Positions 32,472 through 42,199 of a stretch of 64,000 nt of DNA are shown here, piece after piece (within the stretch, counting starts at the first letter, position 1; every line of letters begins with the position of its first letter). A model generated the notes under the pieces. That model was not told the DNA's origin and made no database searches. It saw only the letters and a list, made by a program, of their open reading frames with translations. Position numbers and translations under genes: made by a program. The DNA is from an uncultured Opitutaceae bacterium. GTDB lineage: Bacteria; Verrucomicrobiota; Verrucomicrobiia; Opitutales; Opitutaceae. The stretch is from contig CAZSEH010000002.1 in NCBI GenBank assembly GCA_964605835.1, positions 19,773-83,772 on the forward strand, read 5' to 3'.

Positions 32472-34430
32472 ATGCGCACCAAAGTCACGCTCGTTCTGCT
32501 TTTCCTGAATGTCGCCCTGTTTTTCGTGATCTTCCAGTTCGAGCGCAGCTGGCGCACCGAGAGCGTGGCGCGCGAGGTCAGGAAGCGCGTTCTCGGGGCC
32601 GAGGCGGCCGACATCCGATCCCTCGACGTGGAGAGCGCCCTGCCGGGAGGCTCCTTCAGCCTCGAGCGGCGGGGCGAAGAGTGGTTTCTCACCAAGCCGA
32701 TCGCCTGGCGGGCCAATCCGAACGCGGTCAACCGCATCGTGAGCGACCTTGAGTTTCTCGAGCACGACACGAGCTTCAGCGTGCCGGCGGTCGTCAAGAA
32801 CGGGCAGTCCCTGGCGGACTACGGGCTGGCGCAGCCGAAGCTGACGGTGACGTTCACCTCGGGCGGACCCGACACGACCGGGGCGGCCCCGGTCACGACG
32901 CGGCTCGCGATCGGGGAGGCGACCAAGGTCGGCCAGCGGCTCTATCTGCTCTCGCCGGACGGCGCGCGGATACATGTCGTCGGCCGCGAGCTGGCGGACA
33001 GCCTCTCCGTGCCGATTGAGCAGCTGCGCGCCGAGACCGTGCTGACGATCCCCGTCTACGAGGCGCGGGCCCTGAACGTGCAGACGGCGCCTCCATCCGG
33101 CGTGCGGGTGATAGTCCAGCGGGACGGCGCGCGCTGGTCATTCTATACGCCCATAGCGGCGCGCGCGAGCAAGGACGCGATCGAGCTCGCGATCAACAAC
33201 CTGGACTCCCTCAGCGTGAAGGGCTTCCTCGCGCCGAACGCCCCGGTGCCGCCGGCCGCGCAGTTGCAGGTGACAATCGAGGGCAACACGCGATACGAGA
33301 CCCTTTTCATCGGGGTGCAGGCCCCGGGCAAGTCGGCTCCCGGCACGCACCCGTACTACGCCCAGCTCGAGGACTCGAGCAAGCCGATGGACCGGTCTCC
33401 ATGGTTCACCGTCGAGATACCCGACGAGGCGCCCGATTCGCTGCTGGGTTCGCTGCGCGACGCCCTGGAAAGGCTGCGCGACAGGCGCGTGCTCGACGTC
33501 GATCCCAGCCTGGCCACGATGATCACGCTCAAGGCCCCCAACCAGCCCGACCTGACGCTGCAGCGACTCGATCCGGACACGGCGCGGGCGGCGCCCGCAA
33601 GCGAGGCGCGCTGGCAGATCCTTCTGCCGGGCGATGGCGGGCAGGGTCCGGCGACGCTGCCCGCCGACCGCGCCGCCGTCCAGCGGCTGCTCGACAGGAT
33701 CGCCCTTCTTTCCGCGGAGCGCTTCATGAGCGACGCCCCGCAGGAGAGCGACCTCGAGAACTGGGGATTCAACCGCCCCGAGCGCACCGTCACGATCACC
33801 CAGCAGCCAGCCGCGCAGCCTGCATCCCGGGCCGCGCCGGCGGCCGCCCCCCTGACCCTAGAGATTGGCCGGCCGGCGCAGCGCGACGACCGGTATGTCT
33901 ATGCGATGATGGCAAACGCGCGCTCGGTCTATGCGGTCGATCCGCAGATCCTCAGGGACACGCCTGTGGCCCCGCGCGAATGGCGCGACAGGCTCGTTTT
34001 CAGCCTGCCCGGACCGGCGCGGATCACCGGGCTCGAAATCGACGACCTGAGGGACGGCAAGCCGGTCGCCCGGTGGGATGCGTCGTCCGGAGCGGCGCCG
34101 AGGGAGGTGCAGGCGGTTCTCGACGGGTTGCGCCAGGTTAGGGCGGCCCGCTTTGTCGGCGACGGTTATGCGGACAGGGTGACGGTGGCCGGCGAGGAAG
34201 GGCCGTGGCGGTACCGCCTCCAGGCGACGGTCGCGCTGCCCGGCGCCGGCGCGAGCGAGCAGACCGGCACGCGGGCGATCATGCTCGCGGAGAGGTCGGG
34301 CGGCGCCGAGCAGATCGCAGGATCCGCCGAATTCGGGGCCGTTTTTGTGCTCGAGCAGCCGATGATAGACGCCCTTTGGACGCTGATCTACGGGTCCCGC
34401 GACCCGGGTTTGCCTCCTGCGAGAAACTGA
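32472..34430 (+). CDS. DUF4340-like periplasmic protein, N-terminally anchored
   Basis: 652 aa. TM 'VTLVLLFLNVALFFVIFQF'. Repeated ~100-aa beta-rich modules. It occupies the position after the gldG-like gene where DUF4340 proteins usually sit. Confidence 0.6.
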   Translation: MRTKVTLVLLFLNVALFFVIFQFERSWRTESVAREVRKRVLGAEAADIRSLDVESALPGGSFSLERRGEEWFLTKPIAWRANPNAVNRIVSDLEFLEHDTSFSVPAVVKNGQSLADYGLAQPKLTVTFTSGGPDTTGAAPVTTRLAIGEATKVGQRLYLLSPDGARIHVVGRELADSLSVPIEQLRAETVLTIPVYEARALNVQTAPPSGVRVIVQRDGARWSFYTPIAARASKDAIELAINNLDSLSVKGFLAPNAPVPPAAQLQVTIEGNTRYETLFIGVQAPGKSAPGTHPYYAQLEDSSKPMDRSPWFTVEIPDEAPDSLLGSLRDALERLRDRRVLDVDPSLATMITLKAPNQPDLTLQRLDPDTARAAPASEARWQILLPGDGGQGPATLPADRAAVQRLLDRIALLSAERFMSDAPQESDLENWGFNRPERTVTITQQPAAQPASRAAPAAAPLTLEIGRPAQRDDRYVYAMMANARSVYAVDPQILRDTPVAPREWRDRLVFSLPGPARITGLEIDDLRDGKPVARWDASSGAAPREVQAVLDGLRQVRAARFVGDGYADRVTVAGEEGPWRYRLQATVALPGAGASEQTGTRAIMLAERSGGAEQIAGSAEFGAVFVLEQPMIDALWTLIYGSRDPGLPPARN

Positions 34431-37222
34431 TGGCCCGCGTCTTTTCCCAATTGTGCGCCGGGGGGGCGCGGCTTGCCCTGAAGGGCGCGATGACCTTCGG
34501 GTTGTGGACCGTTTGGCTGGGCCTGGCGCTATTGCTCGTCGCGCAGGCTTACATCGCCTCGAAGAACGAGCTGCAGGTTCCGGCGTTCGTCCAGCGGGCG
34601 CTCCTGGAGCGCCTCGCGGCGTCCGGAGTCCACATCAGCTTCGGGCACACCCTTTTCGACCCGTCCGGGCGCGTCATCATCGAGAACGCCGCGGTGACCC
34701 TGGACGGATTCGAGGAGCCGATCGCCACGGCGCGCGCGATCTACGCGCGCATAGATCCCTGGGCGCTTGCCGCGGGACGCTTTGAACCGCTCGAGATGCG
34801 GGTGACCGGCATGAGCGTGAGGGTTCCCGCGATGCTCTCCGCTTCCGGGCGGCCGGACGACGTAATACAGGACCTCGACGCGGCCATTGTCCCAAGAGGG
34901 GACGCGTTTTCGATCGAGTACCTGCACTGCCGCGTCGGCAGCCTTGCGGTTTCCGCCGGGGGGAGCGTGCGCCTGGGCGCCCTGCCGGGCCCCCGCGGCG
35001 CCCCGCTGCCCGTCGCGGAATTCTTCGCACGCAATTATGTCGGCCTGATTCGCCGGTGCGCGGCCGCAGTCGGGGCGATTTCGGCGTTCGACCAGGCGGG
35101 CCTTCGCATATGGCTCGAGCCGGCCGCCGGGCGGGGAATGGTCGCCCGCACGATCCTGATCGCCGACGGGGTGAAGCTCTCGGCGCCGGTTGCTCTCCGG
35201 GCGGGACGGTTGCGCGCCGCCGGCCGGTGGTCTCTTTTGGGCGATTCGCCCGACTCGGGCGAGGTGCTCCTGTCGCTCGCGGACATCGACTTGCCGGGCA
35301 TCAAGGCGTCCGCGCGGGGGATCGGGGCGCGAATGGACATCGGTTCGCAGCCGGAGCAGGGGAATGCAGCCGGCGTGCGCATTTTGATCAAATCGGCCGA
35401 CCTTTCGGGGGCCGGCGGCGTCGTCGACGGCCTGGCCTTTCAGGATGCCATCGTGACCCTGGGTTCGGCGGGTTCGGACCTTCTTCGGGCCGGCCAGGTG
35501 CGGGTGTCGGGAAAGGCGCTTTTATGGGGGGAACCGGTTTGGGTGGACGGCGTTGTCGATCCGGCCCGCGGGGCCGCCCGGGCGCAGTTCAAGGCGGCGG
35601 TGGCGCCGGAGGCGCTTGATTTTGTCGGCGCCCGGATCCGGCGGGATCTGGGCTCCTTTGTAAGGCTCTCGCAGCCGGTGGGCCTGGAAGGCGGCCTTCG
35701 ATTCGATCCGGGCTGGAAGTTCGCCGAGGTCGCCGGGCGGCTGGACGCGGCGGGGGTCTTCGCGCGCGGAGTGGTGATCGACGAGGTCCGGGGCGAATTC
35801 CGTTTTGACGGCAGCCACCTGTACGCGCCCGAGGCCTACGCCCGGATAGGGGAGAACTTTGCGCGCGGAAGCTTCGAGGAGGAGATGGCGACCCGCCGGT
35901 ATCGCTTTCTTTTGGACGGCCGCCTGCGCCCCCTGGACATCACTCCCTGGATTGCGGGGGCCTGGTGGCAGACATTCTTCGGCAACTTTGCGTTTCCGGC
36001 GGTTCCGCCCTCCGCGAGCATCGACCTGGGCAGCTGCTGGACGGACGGAAGGCAGGCGCGGATATTCCTGTCGGTCGACGGCCCCGGAATCATCGTCCGG
36101 GGCGCCCCTTTTGACCGGCTTCGCCTGACGCTGTTCTCCCGGCCGCAGTTCAACGATGGAATCAGGCTCGAGGTGACCCGGGGAAAGGGCGCCGCCAGGG
36201 GAACCTTTGAGCGGCGTCTCGATCTCGACGCCGGGCCCCCGTCGCAGAACATCGATTTCAGCGTTGTATCGACCCTGGACCTGGCAGCCGTCGCGCCGAT
36301 GTTCGGGCCCGCGGGGGCGACCCTGCTTTCTCCCTACGCATTCTCGCAGCCCCCCGAACTCGACATCAGCGGCCATTGGAACGGGCCGGCCGCGCCCGGC
36401 GGGTCCCATCAGGTCTTCCATATCGGGGTGCGCAGCGCGGGAGCGTTCCGCTTTCACGATTTTCCGGTCGATGACGCGTCCTTCACGGTGGACCTGAGGG
36501 ACGACGATGTGGCGATTTCCCAGATCCGGGCGGGATTCGCCGGGGGCGCGGCCACCGGAAAGGCGAAAGTCTGGGGACGCGGCGCCGACCGAAGACTCTC
36601 GTTCGACGCGGCGCTGACCGACGCGCAGCTCGATCGCGCCATCCTTGCCGTCGGAAACTACACGGCGACCCGCTCGCTGAAGGCCGCCCCGGCGGTTGGC
36701 GGCATTCTGAAGGAAAAATCCGCCGTGAAGCTGGATGCGACGGTGACGGCCGAGGGGCGGATGGGCGATCCGTCCACCTTCCAGGGAAGCGGCAATGCGC
36801 AGCTGCAGGGAGCCGGGCTCGGCGAAGTGCGCGTGCTCGGGCTTCTGTCCGACCTGCTCCGGTTCACGGCGCTTCGCTTCACGACGGCGCGCGCGGCTTT
36901 CAGGCTGAACGGCTCGCGGCTGGACTTTCCTGAAATAAACGTGACCGGGGCCAATTCGGCCATAACCGCGCATGGAAGCTACTCGATCGACAGCCACGAT
37001 CTCGACTTCAAGGCCCGGATCAACCCGTTCAAGGAAAGCAGGACATTGCCGCTGCAATTCATGGACGCCATGCTCGCCCCGGTTGCGCAGGCTTTTGAGG
37101 TCCGGCTCACCGGCAAGATCGAGAAGCCGGCCTGGATGTTCGTCAACGGCCCGGCAAACTTCCTGCGAAACCTGAACCAGCCCCCTGCGACGCCGACACC
37201 CTCTCCCCTGAAGGATCCATGA
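34430..37222 (+). CDS. Large (930 aa) N-terminally anchored AsmA/TamB-like protein
   Basis: ORF 34205..37222. The ATG at 34430 overlaps the upstream stop (TGATG). TM 'FGLWTVWLGLALLLVAQAYIA'. Long beta-rich body. C-terminus '...ITAHGSYSIDSHDLDFKARINPF...EVRLTGKIEKPAWMF' resembles AsmA-like C-terminal modules. Functional class is inferred. Confidence 0.5.
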   Translation: MARVFSQLCAGGARLALKGAMTFGLWTVWLGLALLLVAQAYIASKNELQVPAFVQRALLERLAASGVHISFGHTLFDPSGRVIIENAAVTLDGFEEPIATARAIYARIDPWALAAGRFEPLEMRVTGMSVRVPAMLSASGRPDDVIQDLDAAIVPRGDAFSIEYLHCRVGSLAVSAGGSVRLGALPGPRGAPLPVAEFFARNYVGLIRRCAAAVGAISAFDQAGLRIWLEPAAGRGMVARTILIADGVKLSAPVALRAGRLRAAGRWSLLGDSPDSGEVLLSLADIDLPGIKASARGIGARMDIGSQPEQGNAAGVRILIKSADLSGAGGVVDGLAFQDAIVTLGSAGSDLLRAGQVRVSGKALLWGEPVWVDGVVDPARGAARAQFKAAVAPEALDFVGARIRRDLGSFVRLSQPVGLEGGLRFDPGWKFAEVAGRLDAAGVFARGVVIDEVRGEFRFDGSHLYAPEAYARIGENFARGSFEEEMATRRYRFLLDGRLRPLDITPWIAGAWWQTFFGNFAFPAVPPSASIDLGSCWTDGRQARIFLSVDGPGIIVRGAPFDRLRLTLFSRPQFNDGIRLEVTRGKGAARGTFERRLDLDAGPPSQNIDFSVVSTLDLAAVAPMFGPAGATLLSPYAFSQPPELDISGHWNGPAAPGGSHQVFHIGVRSAGAFRFHDFPVDDASFTVDLRDDDVAISQIRAGFAGGAATGKAKVWGRGADRRLSFDAALTDAQLDRAILAVGNYTATRSLKAAPAVGGILKEKSAVKLDATVTAEGRMGDPSTFQGSGNAQLQGAGLGEVRVLGLLSDLLRFTALRFTTARAAFRLNGSRLDFPEINVTGANSAITAHGSYSIDSHDLDFKARINPFKESRTLPLQFMDAMLAPVAQAFEVRLTGKIEKPAWMFVNGPANFLRNLNQPPATPTPSPLKDP

Positions 37223-37285
37223 TATTCCGCATTGCGGGGACGGGAAACCTCGGTTTCTACTGGAGCTGACATCCCGACGCCGATC

Positions 37286-37307
37286 TAACCCGCATGCATG
37301 CGGGTTA
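37286..37307. other. Perfect 22-nt palindrome TAACCCGCATGCATGCGGGTTA (hairpin, terminator or binding site)
   Basis: Self-complementary over all 22 nt. Lies 64 nt after the AsmA-like stop and 48 nt before the preferred kinase start. No T-run on either side. Confidence 0.4.
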
Positions 37308-37354
37308 AGTCTGGAAGTCCAGGTCTTCGGTTTCAAAACAGCGTTCCGCAAGTA

Positions 37355-40300
37355 ATGCCAACCCTGCCAACAATGCCGCGCCCCTCGTGGCTCGAGCGCG
37401 TCCTGTTCGTGGTGGCCGGAATTCTCGTGGTGATCGGCCTTTCCGAGCTGGCGGGCTGGTGGCTGAATTTCAGGCAGCCGTGGCCCGCGTACGCTCCGAT
37501 GCGCCAGATCGAGGCCGCGGCGTTCGCCCTCCTCGGTCTTGCGGTCCTGGCCCGCCTGATCGGCTGGCGCGCCGCGGAATGGCTCGCCTTTCTGCCGACG
37601 GTATGGGCGCTGCCCGCCCTCGCATTCGGCGTCCTCGACCGCGGCGGGGCGCCGACCGCCGGGGCCCTGTCCGACCCGCTCTGGGACGCGTTCGGGGCGC
37701 CGGGCCGGACCGCGACGCTTACTGCGGCGTGCGTTCTCCTCGGAAGCATCCCGCTCGTGCTCCATGCGCTGAAGCCGAAATCGCGCTTTGGCGTGTTTTG
37801 CGAGGCGGCTGTCGGGTCGCTGCTCGTCGGCTTCGCGATCTCGACGCTCCTGGGCTATGAGGCCGGCCAGGCGACCGTCTTTGACTGGGGCGACGGAGCA
37901 CCGATCTCCCCGGCCACGGCGGCGGGCCTCCTCTTCCTCGGCCTCTGCCTGCTGATGCTGGCGTGGCGGGACGACCGGGGAACCGGGTCCGGGGCGTGGG
38001 CGTCCATGACGGCCATCGTCGTGCCCCTCATGGTGACCTTGACGCTTTGGATCGGGCTCAGGGAGCGCGAGATTGCCTATGTCGACACGCGGACCCAGGC
38101 GGCGATGGACAAGTTTCTGCAGGCCGCCGATACGTCGATCGAGCACCAGTTGAACGCCTTTGAGCGGTTCGGCCGCAAATGGGCGGAAACGCAGTCCGAG
38201 TCGCTGGAGGCCCGCCAGCTGGACGCCGCCGCGCAAATGAACGAATCCAACCCGCTCGGGTGCGTGTCGATAGAATCCCTGGACCTGGAGGGCCGGGTAC
38301 GCTGGGTCTTCCCTGCAAACGCGGCGGCGGGAACCTACAACCTGGCGGCGACCGGAGCGAGGCTTGCCGCCATGGAGCAGGCAAAGAAGGACGGGCGGAC
38401 GGCGATTTCGGCGACAACTGAGGTCATCCAGATCCTGGGCTTCAACGGACGGCGGGGCCCCGGATTCGTCCTGGTGACCCCGGTCGCGCGGCCCGGGGAG
38501 GGAACGGATTTCGTGATGGCGGAGTTTCTCTACGATGCCTTCTTTTCCGCGATTGCGGCCGAGCAGCTGAAGCTCGGCGACGACTATCATTTTTCCGTCT
38601 CAATCGCGGGGGAACCCGTCTTTGAGGGGGGCGCCGCCAGGGCGCCCGGCGAACGGTACACGGTGAACCGCGTGTATCCGCTTTTCGACAGGCGCCTCTA
38701 TCTGACGGCGGTGCCGTCCCAGGCCGAACTGGCGCAGGACCTGCACCCGATGGCCTCCCTGGCCCTGGTCTCGGGCCTGAGTCTTACCGCGCTGCTTGCG
38801 CTGAGCGTGAGCCTGGGCCGCGGGGCCTCGCTGGGGCGGCGCGCCGCGGAGCGTTCAAACCAGCGGTTGCAGGCGGAGAACGAGGAGCGGCGCCGCGTCG
38901 AGGAGAGGCTCAAGGTTTCCGACGAGCGGCTGAGGCTCGCCCTGGATTCCACCGAGATCGGCATCTTCGAGTGGAACGTCTCCGCGGGGCGGGTTTTTTA
39001 CAGCGCCGGCCTTTGGGTCATGCTGGGCTACGATCCGGCGAAGATGCCGGCGACCCTCGAGACGTGGCAGTCGCTTCTGCATCCGGACGACCTGGCCGGC
39101 TTCTCGTCCCGGTTGAAGACGCTGCGCCAGGGCATCGAGACGACCGTGGTCACCGAAAGCCGCGTCAAGTCCGGTTCCGGAGAATGGCGCTGGATCTACA
39201 CCCGGGCGAAATGCGTCACGTTCGACGCGGAGCGGCGCCCGATCCGCCTGATCGGCACGGTGCAGGACGTCACGGCCCGCGTTGAGTCCGAGCATCAGCT
39301 GCGGCGCGCAAAGTCGGAGGCCGATGCGGCTTCGCGCGCGAAGAGCGAGTTCCTGGCCTCGATGTCCCACGAGATTCGGACGCCGCTCAACGGCATCATC
39401 GGCATGGCGAGCCTGATGATGGACACGGAGCTGGTGCCCAAGCAGCGCGACTACATCGACACGATCCGCGCGTCCAGCGACGCCCTGCTCGAGATCGTGA
39501 ACGAGATTCTCGATTTCTCCAAAGTGGAATCCGGAAAGCTTGAAATCGAGAACGCGCCCTTCGGCCTTGCGCCATGCCTTGAGGAGGCCCTCGACCTTGT
39601 CGCCAAGGCCGCGAATGAAAAGAACCTGGAGATCGGCTACAGCATCGCGCCGGACGTGCCGGCGTGGATAAGGGGCGACGCCACGAGGCTGTGGCAGGTG
39701 GTCTCGAATCTCTTGAACAACGGCGTCAAATTCACGCCGAGCGGCTCCGTCTCGGTCGAGGTGCGGCGGGGCGCGGCGGCGGCGCCCGGGCGCATCTGCC
39801 TGGAGTTCATCGTTCGAGACACCGGGATCGGAATCGCGCCGGATCGGATGAACAGGCTGTTTAAGCCCTTCAGCCAGGTCGACTCATCCACGACGCGTCG
39901 GTACGGAGGCACGGGCCTCGGCCTGGCGATTTGCGACCGGCTGTGCCAGCTGATGGGCGGGAGCATAAAGCTGGAAAGCACGGTCGATGTCGGCTCGGTC
40001 TTCACTTTCACCATCTTGACCGAACAGGCGGCGCCGCCCGCCGACGCGCCCGCCATTCCGCCGCCGCCCGCCCCCCTGAAGGGAGCGACCGTCCTTTGCG
40101 TTTCGGGCAATGTCACGACCCAGACCCGCCTGCGCTCCCTGCTTTCAAGCTGGGGCGTTCAAGGGCTGTTCGTACCGAGCGCGGCGGCCGTGGGCGGAGC
40201 GGCGGCGGGCCTCGCCCCGCGGCCGGCGATGCTGATCGTGGACCAGACAACCGTCGCGACCGTCTCTCCACTCGACGAGTTGACGAGGTACCGCTGCCCG

Positions 40301-40882
40301 ACGCTGATGCTCGTCCCCTACGGAAGGGTTCCGCTGCTTTCGAGGGATCCCCGGCCAGTCGGCACCGTTTCCAAGCCGATCAAGAACGCCGCCTTCTTCC
40401 AGGAGGTGGTCCGCCTGTTTGCCGAGGGCCGCAGAAAGGAACCCGTCGAACCGCCGGAGGAGCCGAAGATAGCCCCGGAAATGTCGCTCAAGGTGCTCCT
40501 GGCCGAGGACAACATCGTCAACCAGAAGGTGGCGCTGGGTTTCCTGGCGCGCCTGGGCTATCACGCGGACGTGGCTGCGAATGGTGCGCAGGCGGTCGAA
40601 ATGATAGAGAAGCATGAGTACGACCTGGTCCTGATGGACCTTCAGATGCCGGTGATGGACGGCCTGGAGGCGTGCCGCGAGATCCACGCGCGCCTGCCCG
40701 CCGGACGCATTCCGAAGATCATTGCTGTCACCGCAAACGCCCTGCTGACCGACCGCGACCGGTGCCTCGCCGCCGGGATGGACGACTACATTGCCAAGCC
40801 GGTGAAGCTGGACGAGCTCTCCGCGGCGATCAAGCGACAGTGCGGGCACCTGGCAAAGCCGGCTGAATCGGCGGGGGGCTGA
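37355..40882 (+). CDS. Hybrid sensor histidine kinase / response regulator (multi-TM N-terminus, periplasmic CHASE-like segment, PAS, HisKA, HATPase, pseudo-receiver, receiver)
   Basis: ORF 37298..40882. The listed start lies inside the palindrome, so I prefer the ATG at 37355 (37373 also possible). H-box '[14 protein letters not shown]', '[10 protein letters not shown]', 'DTGIGI', 'GGTGLGLAI'. Receiver '[12 protein letters not shown]...[14 protein letters not shown]...AKPV'. Confidence 0.88.
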   Translation: MPTLPTMPRPSWLERVLFVVAGILVVIGLSELAGWWLNFRQPWPAYAPMRQIEAAAFALLGLAVLARLIGWRAAEWLAFLPTVWALPALAFGVLDRGGAPTAGALSDPLWDAFGAPGRTATLTAACVLLGSIPLVLHALKPKSRFGVFCEAAVGSLLVGFAISTLLGYEAGQATVFDWGDGAPISPATAAGLLFLGLCLLMLAWRDDRGTGSGAWASMTAIVVPLMVTLTLWIGLREREIAYVDTRTQAAMDKFLQAADTSIEHQLNAFERFGRKWAETQSESLEARQLDAAAQMNESNPLGCVSIESLDLEGRVRWVFPANAAAGTYNLAATGARLAAMEQAKKDGRTAISATTEVIQILGFNGRRGPGFVLVTPVARPGEGTDFVMAEFLYDAFFSAIAAEQLKLGDDYHFSVSIAGEPVFEGGAARAPGERYTVNRVYPLFDRRLYLTAVPSQAELAQDLHPMASLALVSGLSLTALLALSVSLGRGASLGRRAAERSNQRLQAENEERRRVEERLKVSDERLRLALDSTEIGIFEWNVSAGRVFYSAGLWVMLGYDPAKMPATLETWQSLLHPDDLAGFSSRLKTLRQGIETTVVTESRVKSGSGEWRWIYTRAKCVTFDAERRPIRLIGTVQDVTARVESEHQLRRAKSEADAASRAKSEFLASMSHEIRTPLNGIIGMASLMMDTELVPKQRDYIDTIRASSDALLEIVNEILDFSKVESGKLEIENAPFGLAPCLEEALDLVAKAANEKNLEIGYSIAPDVPAWIRGDATRLWQVVSNLLNNGVKFTPSGSVSVEVRRGAAAAPGRICLEFIVRDTGIGIAPDRMNRLFKPFSQVDSSTTRRYGGTGLGLAICDRLCQLMGGSIKLESTVDVGSVFTFTILTEQAAPPADAPAIPPPPAPLKGATVLCVSGNVTTQTRLRSLLSSWGVQGLFVPSAAAVGGAAAGLAPRPAMLIVDQTTVATVSPLDELTRYRCPTLMLVPYGRVPLLSRDPRPVGTVSKPIKNAAFFQEVVRLFAEGRRKEPVEPPEEPKIAPEMSLKVLLAEDNIVNQKVALGFLARLGYHADVAANGAQAVEMIEKHEYDLVLMDLQMPVMDGLEACREIHARLPAGRIPKIIAVTANALLTDRDRCLAAGMDDYIAKPVKLDELSAAIKRQCGHLAKPAESAGG

Positions 40883-40913
40883 CCGCGGCCGCCGCTTGAC
40901 ACGGACGCTCTCG

Positions 40914-42146
40914 TCAGAGGAGCCGGGAAAGCGCCCGCATCTCCCCGGCGTGCGAGGGGTCCGAAGCGAGGTTGTTCATCTCGAGCGGGTCCGATTCGAG
41001 ATCGAAGAAAAGCCAGGGGGAACCGTCCTCGTTGAGGATGAGTTTTCGGCCCGGCGTGCGAAGTCCGCGCCAGGGGCGGTCGCATTGGAGGGGAAAGGGG
41101 ACGGCGGATGGCATCGAAATCAACTGGACCTCGGCCCGGGGAAAGCTCGGGGCGCACGACCCCGATTCGGAGCCCTCAAGCCCGGCCCAGGCCGATGTCC
41201 ATTTGTGGAGATCGACCAGGGACACCGCCTGCCGGGTCCTTACCCCGTTCCTGGACGGCCCGCCTGACGGAAGCCTGACCAGGAGCGGCACCCGCACGCT
41301 TTCCTCGTGGGGCCAGCCCTTGCGGAAAAGCCCGTGGGCGCCGTGCATGTCGCCGTGGACCGATGTGAAGACGATGACGGCGGAAGCCGGCGCGGCGTCG
41401 ATCAGGCTTCCGACGGCCCTGTCCGTCGCCTCGATATGCGCGTAATAGCCCGCCAGTTCGCGCCGGGCGCGCACCTCCGCGTCGCCCCCGCAGGGCACGT
41501 TCCCGGGCAGGACGATTTCGCGGGGGTCGCGGAAGGCTGCGCCGGGAGCCGGGGCATCGTAGGGCGGGTGGGGCGCCTCCAGGCTGACGATGCAGAACCA
41601 GGGGTGGGTGCGCTGGGAGCGAATCCAGTCCGCCGAGCGCCCGCAAAGGACGGATGCCTGGTAACCCCCGAAGCGGGTCGGTTGCCCGAGCCGGGTGCCG
41701 TGCAGCCACGGATCGTTCAGAAGGAAGCCGCTTTCGAAGCCTTCCCAAAATTCAAAGCCTCCGCGATCCTCGGGAGCCACGATCGTTCGCGCGTGGGCTT
41801 CGCCGACCATCGCGGCCGACGGATCGCGCCTGGAAAGATGCCATTTGCCGAAGAAGGCCGTCGCGTATCCGCTCCCGCCGAGCGTGTGCGCGAGGGTTCG
41901 CGCGCCCTTCGGCAGCGGATCAAAATAGTCGCGGACGCCGTTTTTGGGCGAAAGAACCCCCGTCAGGAGGGCCGCCCGCGCGAAGGGTCCGAAGGGATGG
42001 GGTGTGACCGCCTGGGTGAAATCGATGCTGCCTGCAGCGAGCCTGTCCAGCCGGGGCGTTCGCGCGTTCGGGTCGCCGGCGTAGCCGCACGCCTGCGCCC
42101 GCCATTGCGTGGTCACGATCCAGAGAATGTCGGGCGGTGCGGCCAT
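40914..42146 (-). CDS. Sulfatase-fold (alkaline-phosphatase superfamily) protein lacking the canonical catalytic residues; no signal peptide
   Basis: 410 aa. Family backbone is conserved ('TPRLDRLAAGSIDFTQA', 'ARAALLTG', 'HGDMHGAHGLFRKGWPHEESVRVPLLV'). The DD metal motif reads 'VTTQW', the C/S-x-P-x-R box reads 'G-P-F-A-R', and 'SDHG' reads 'SVHG'. Confidence 0.75.
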   Translation of the reverse strand: MAAPPDILWIVTTQWRAQACGYAGDPNARTPRLDRLAAGSIDFTQAVTPHPFGPFARAALLTGVLSPKNGVRDYFDPLPKGARTLAHTLGGSGYATAFFGKWHLSRRDPSAAMVGEAHARTIVAPEDRGGFEFWEGFESGFLLNDPWLHGTRLGQPTRFGGYQASVLCGRSADWIRSQRTHPWFCIVSLEAPHPPYDAPAPGAAFRDPREIVLPGNVPCGGDAEVRARRELAGYYAHIEATDRAVGSLIDAAPASAVIVFTSVHGDMHGAHGLFRKGWPHEESVRVPLLVRLPSGGPSRNGVRTRQAVSLVDLHKWTSAWAGLEGSESGSCAPSFPRAEVQLISMPSAVPFPLQCDRPWRGLRTPGRKLILNEDGSPWLFFDLESDPLEMNNLASDPSHAGEMRALSRLL

Positions 42147-42199
42147 CGAACCAATGAAAGGCGATCACGGGAGCCGGCTGCAAACCCGAACCCGGCGGC

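Noticed and set aside
37298-37354. Track-listed start codon of the hybrid kinase at 37298 (MRVKSGSPGLRF...).
   Set aside because: This ATG lies inside the 22-nt perfect palindrome, and the first 19 residues look non-protein-like. ATGs at 37355 or 37373 lead directly into the first TM segment.
35522-38590. Very long antisense ORFs in the track: 35522..38590(-), 3794..6472(+), 8369..10144(+), 13241..14548(-), 18257..19891(+), 28012..29355(-), 46728..48131(-), 46907..48310(+), 56377..58503(-), 60291..61961(+), 61973..63034(-).
   Set aside because: All are Arg/Gly/Pro/Ala-rich low-complexity translations. Each lies opposite or out of frame to genes with unmistakable family motifs (carB, pyrG, guaB, queA, folC, receptor, kinase). 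These are the classic shadow ORFs of GC-rich DNA with few stop codons.
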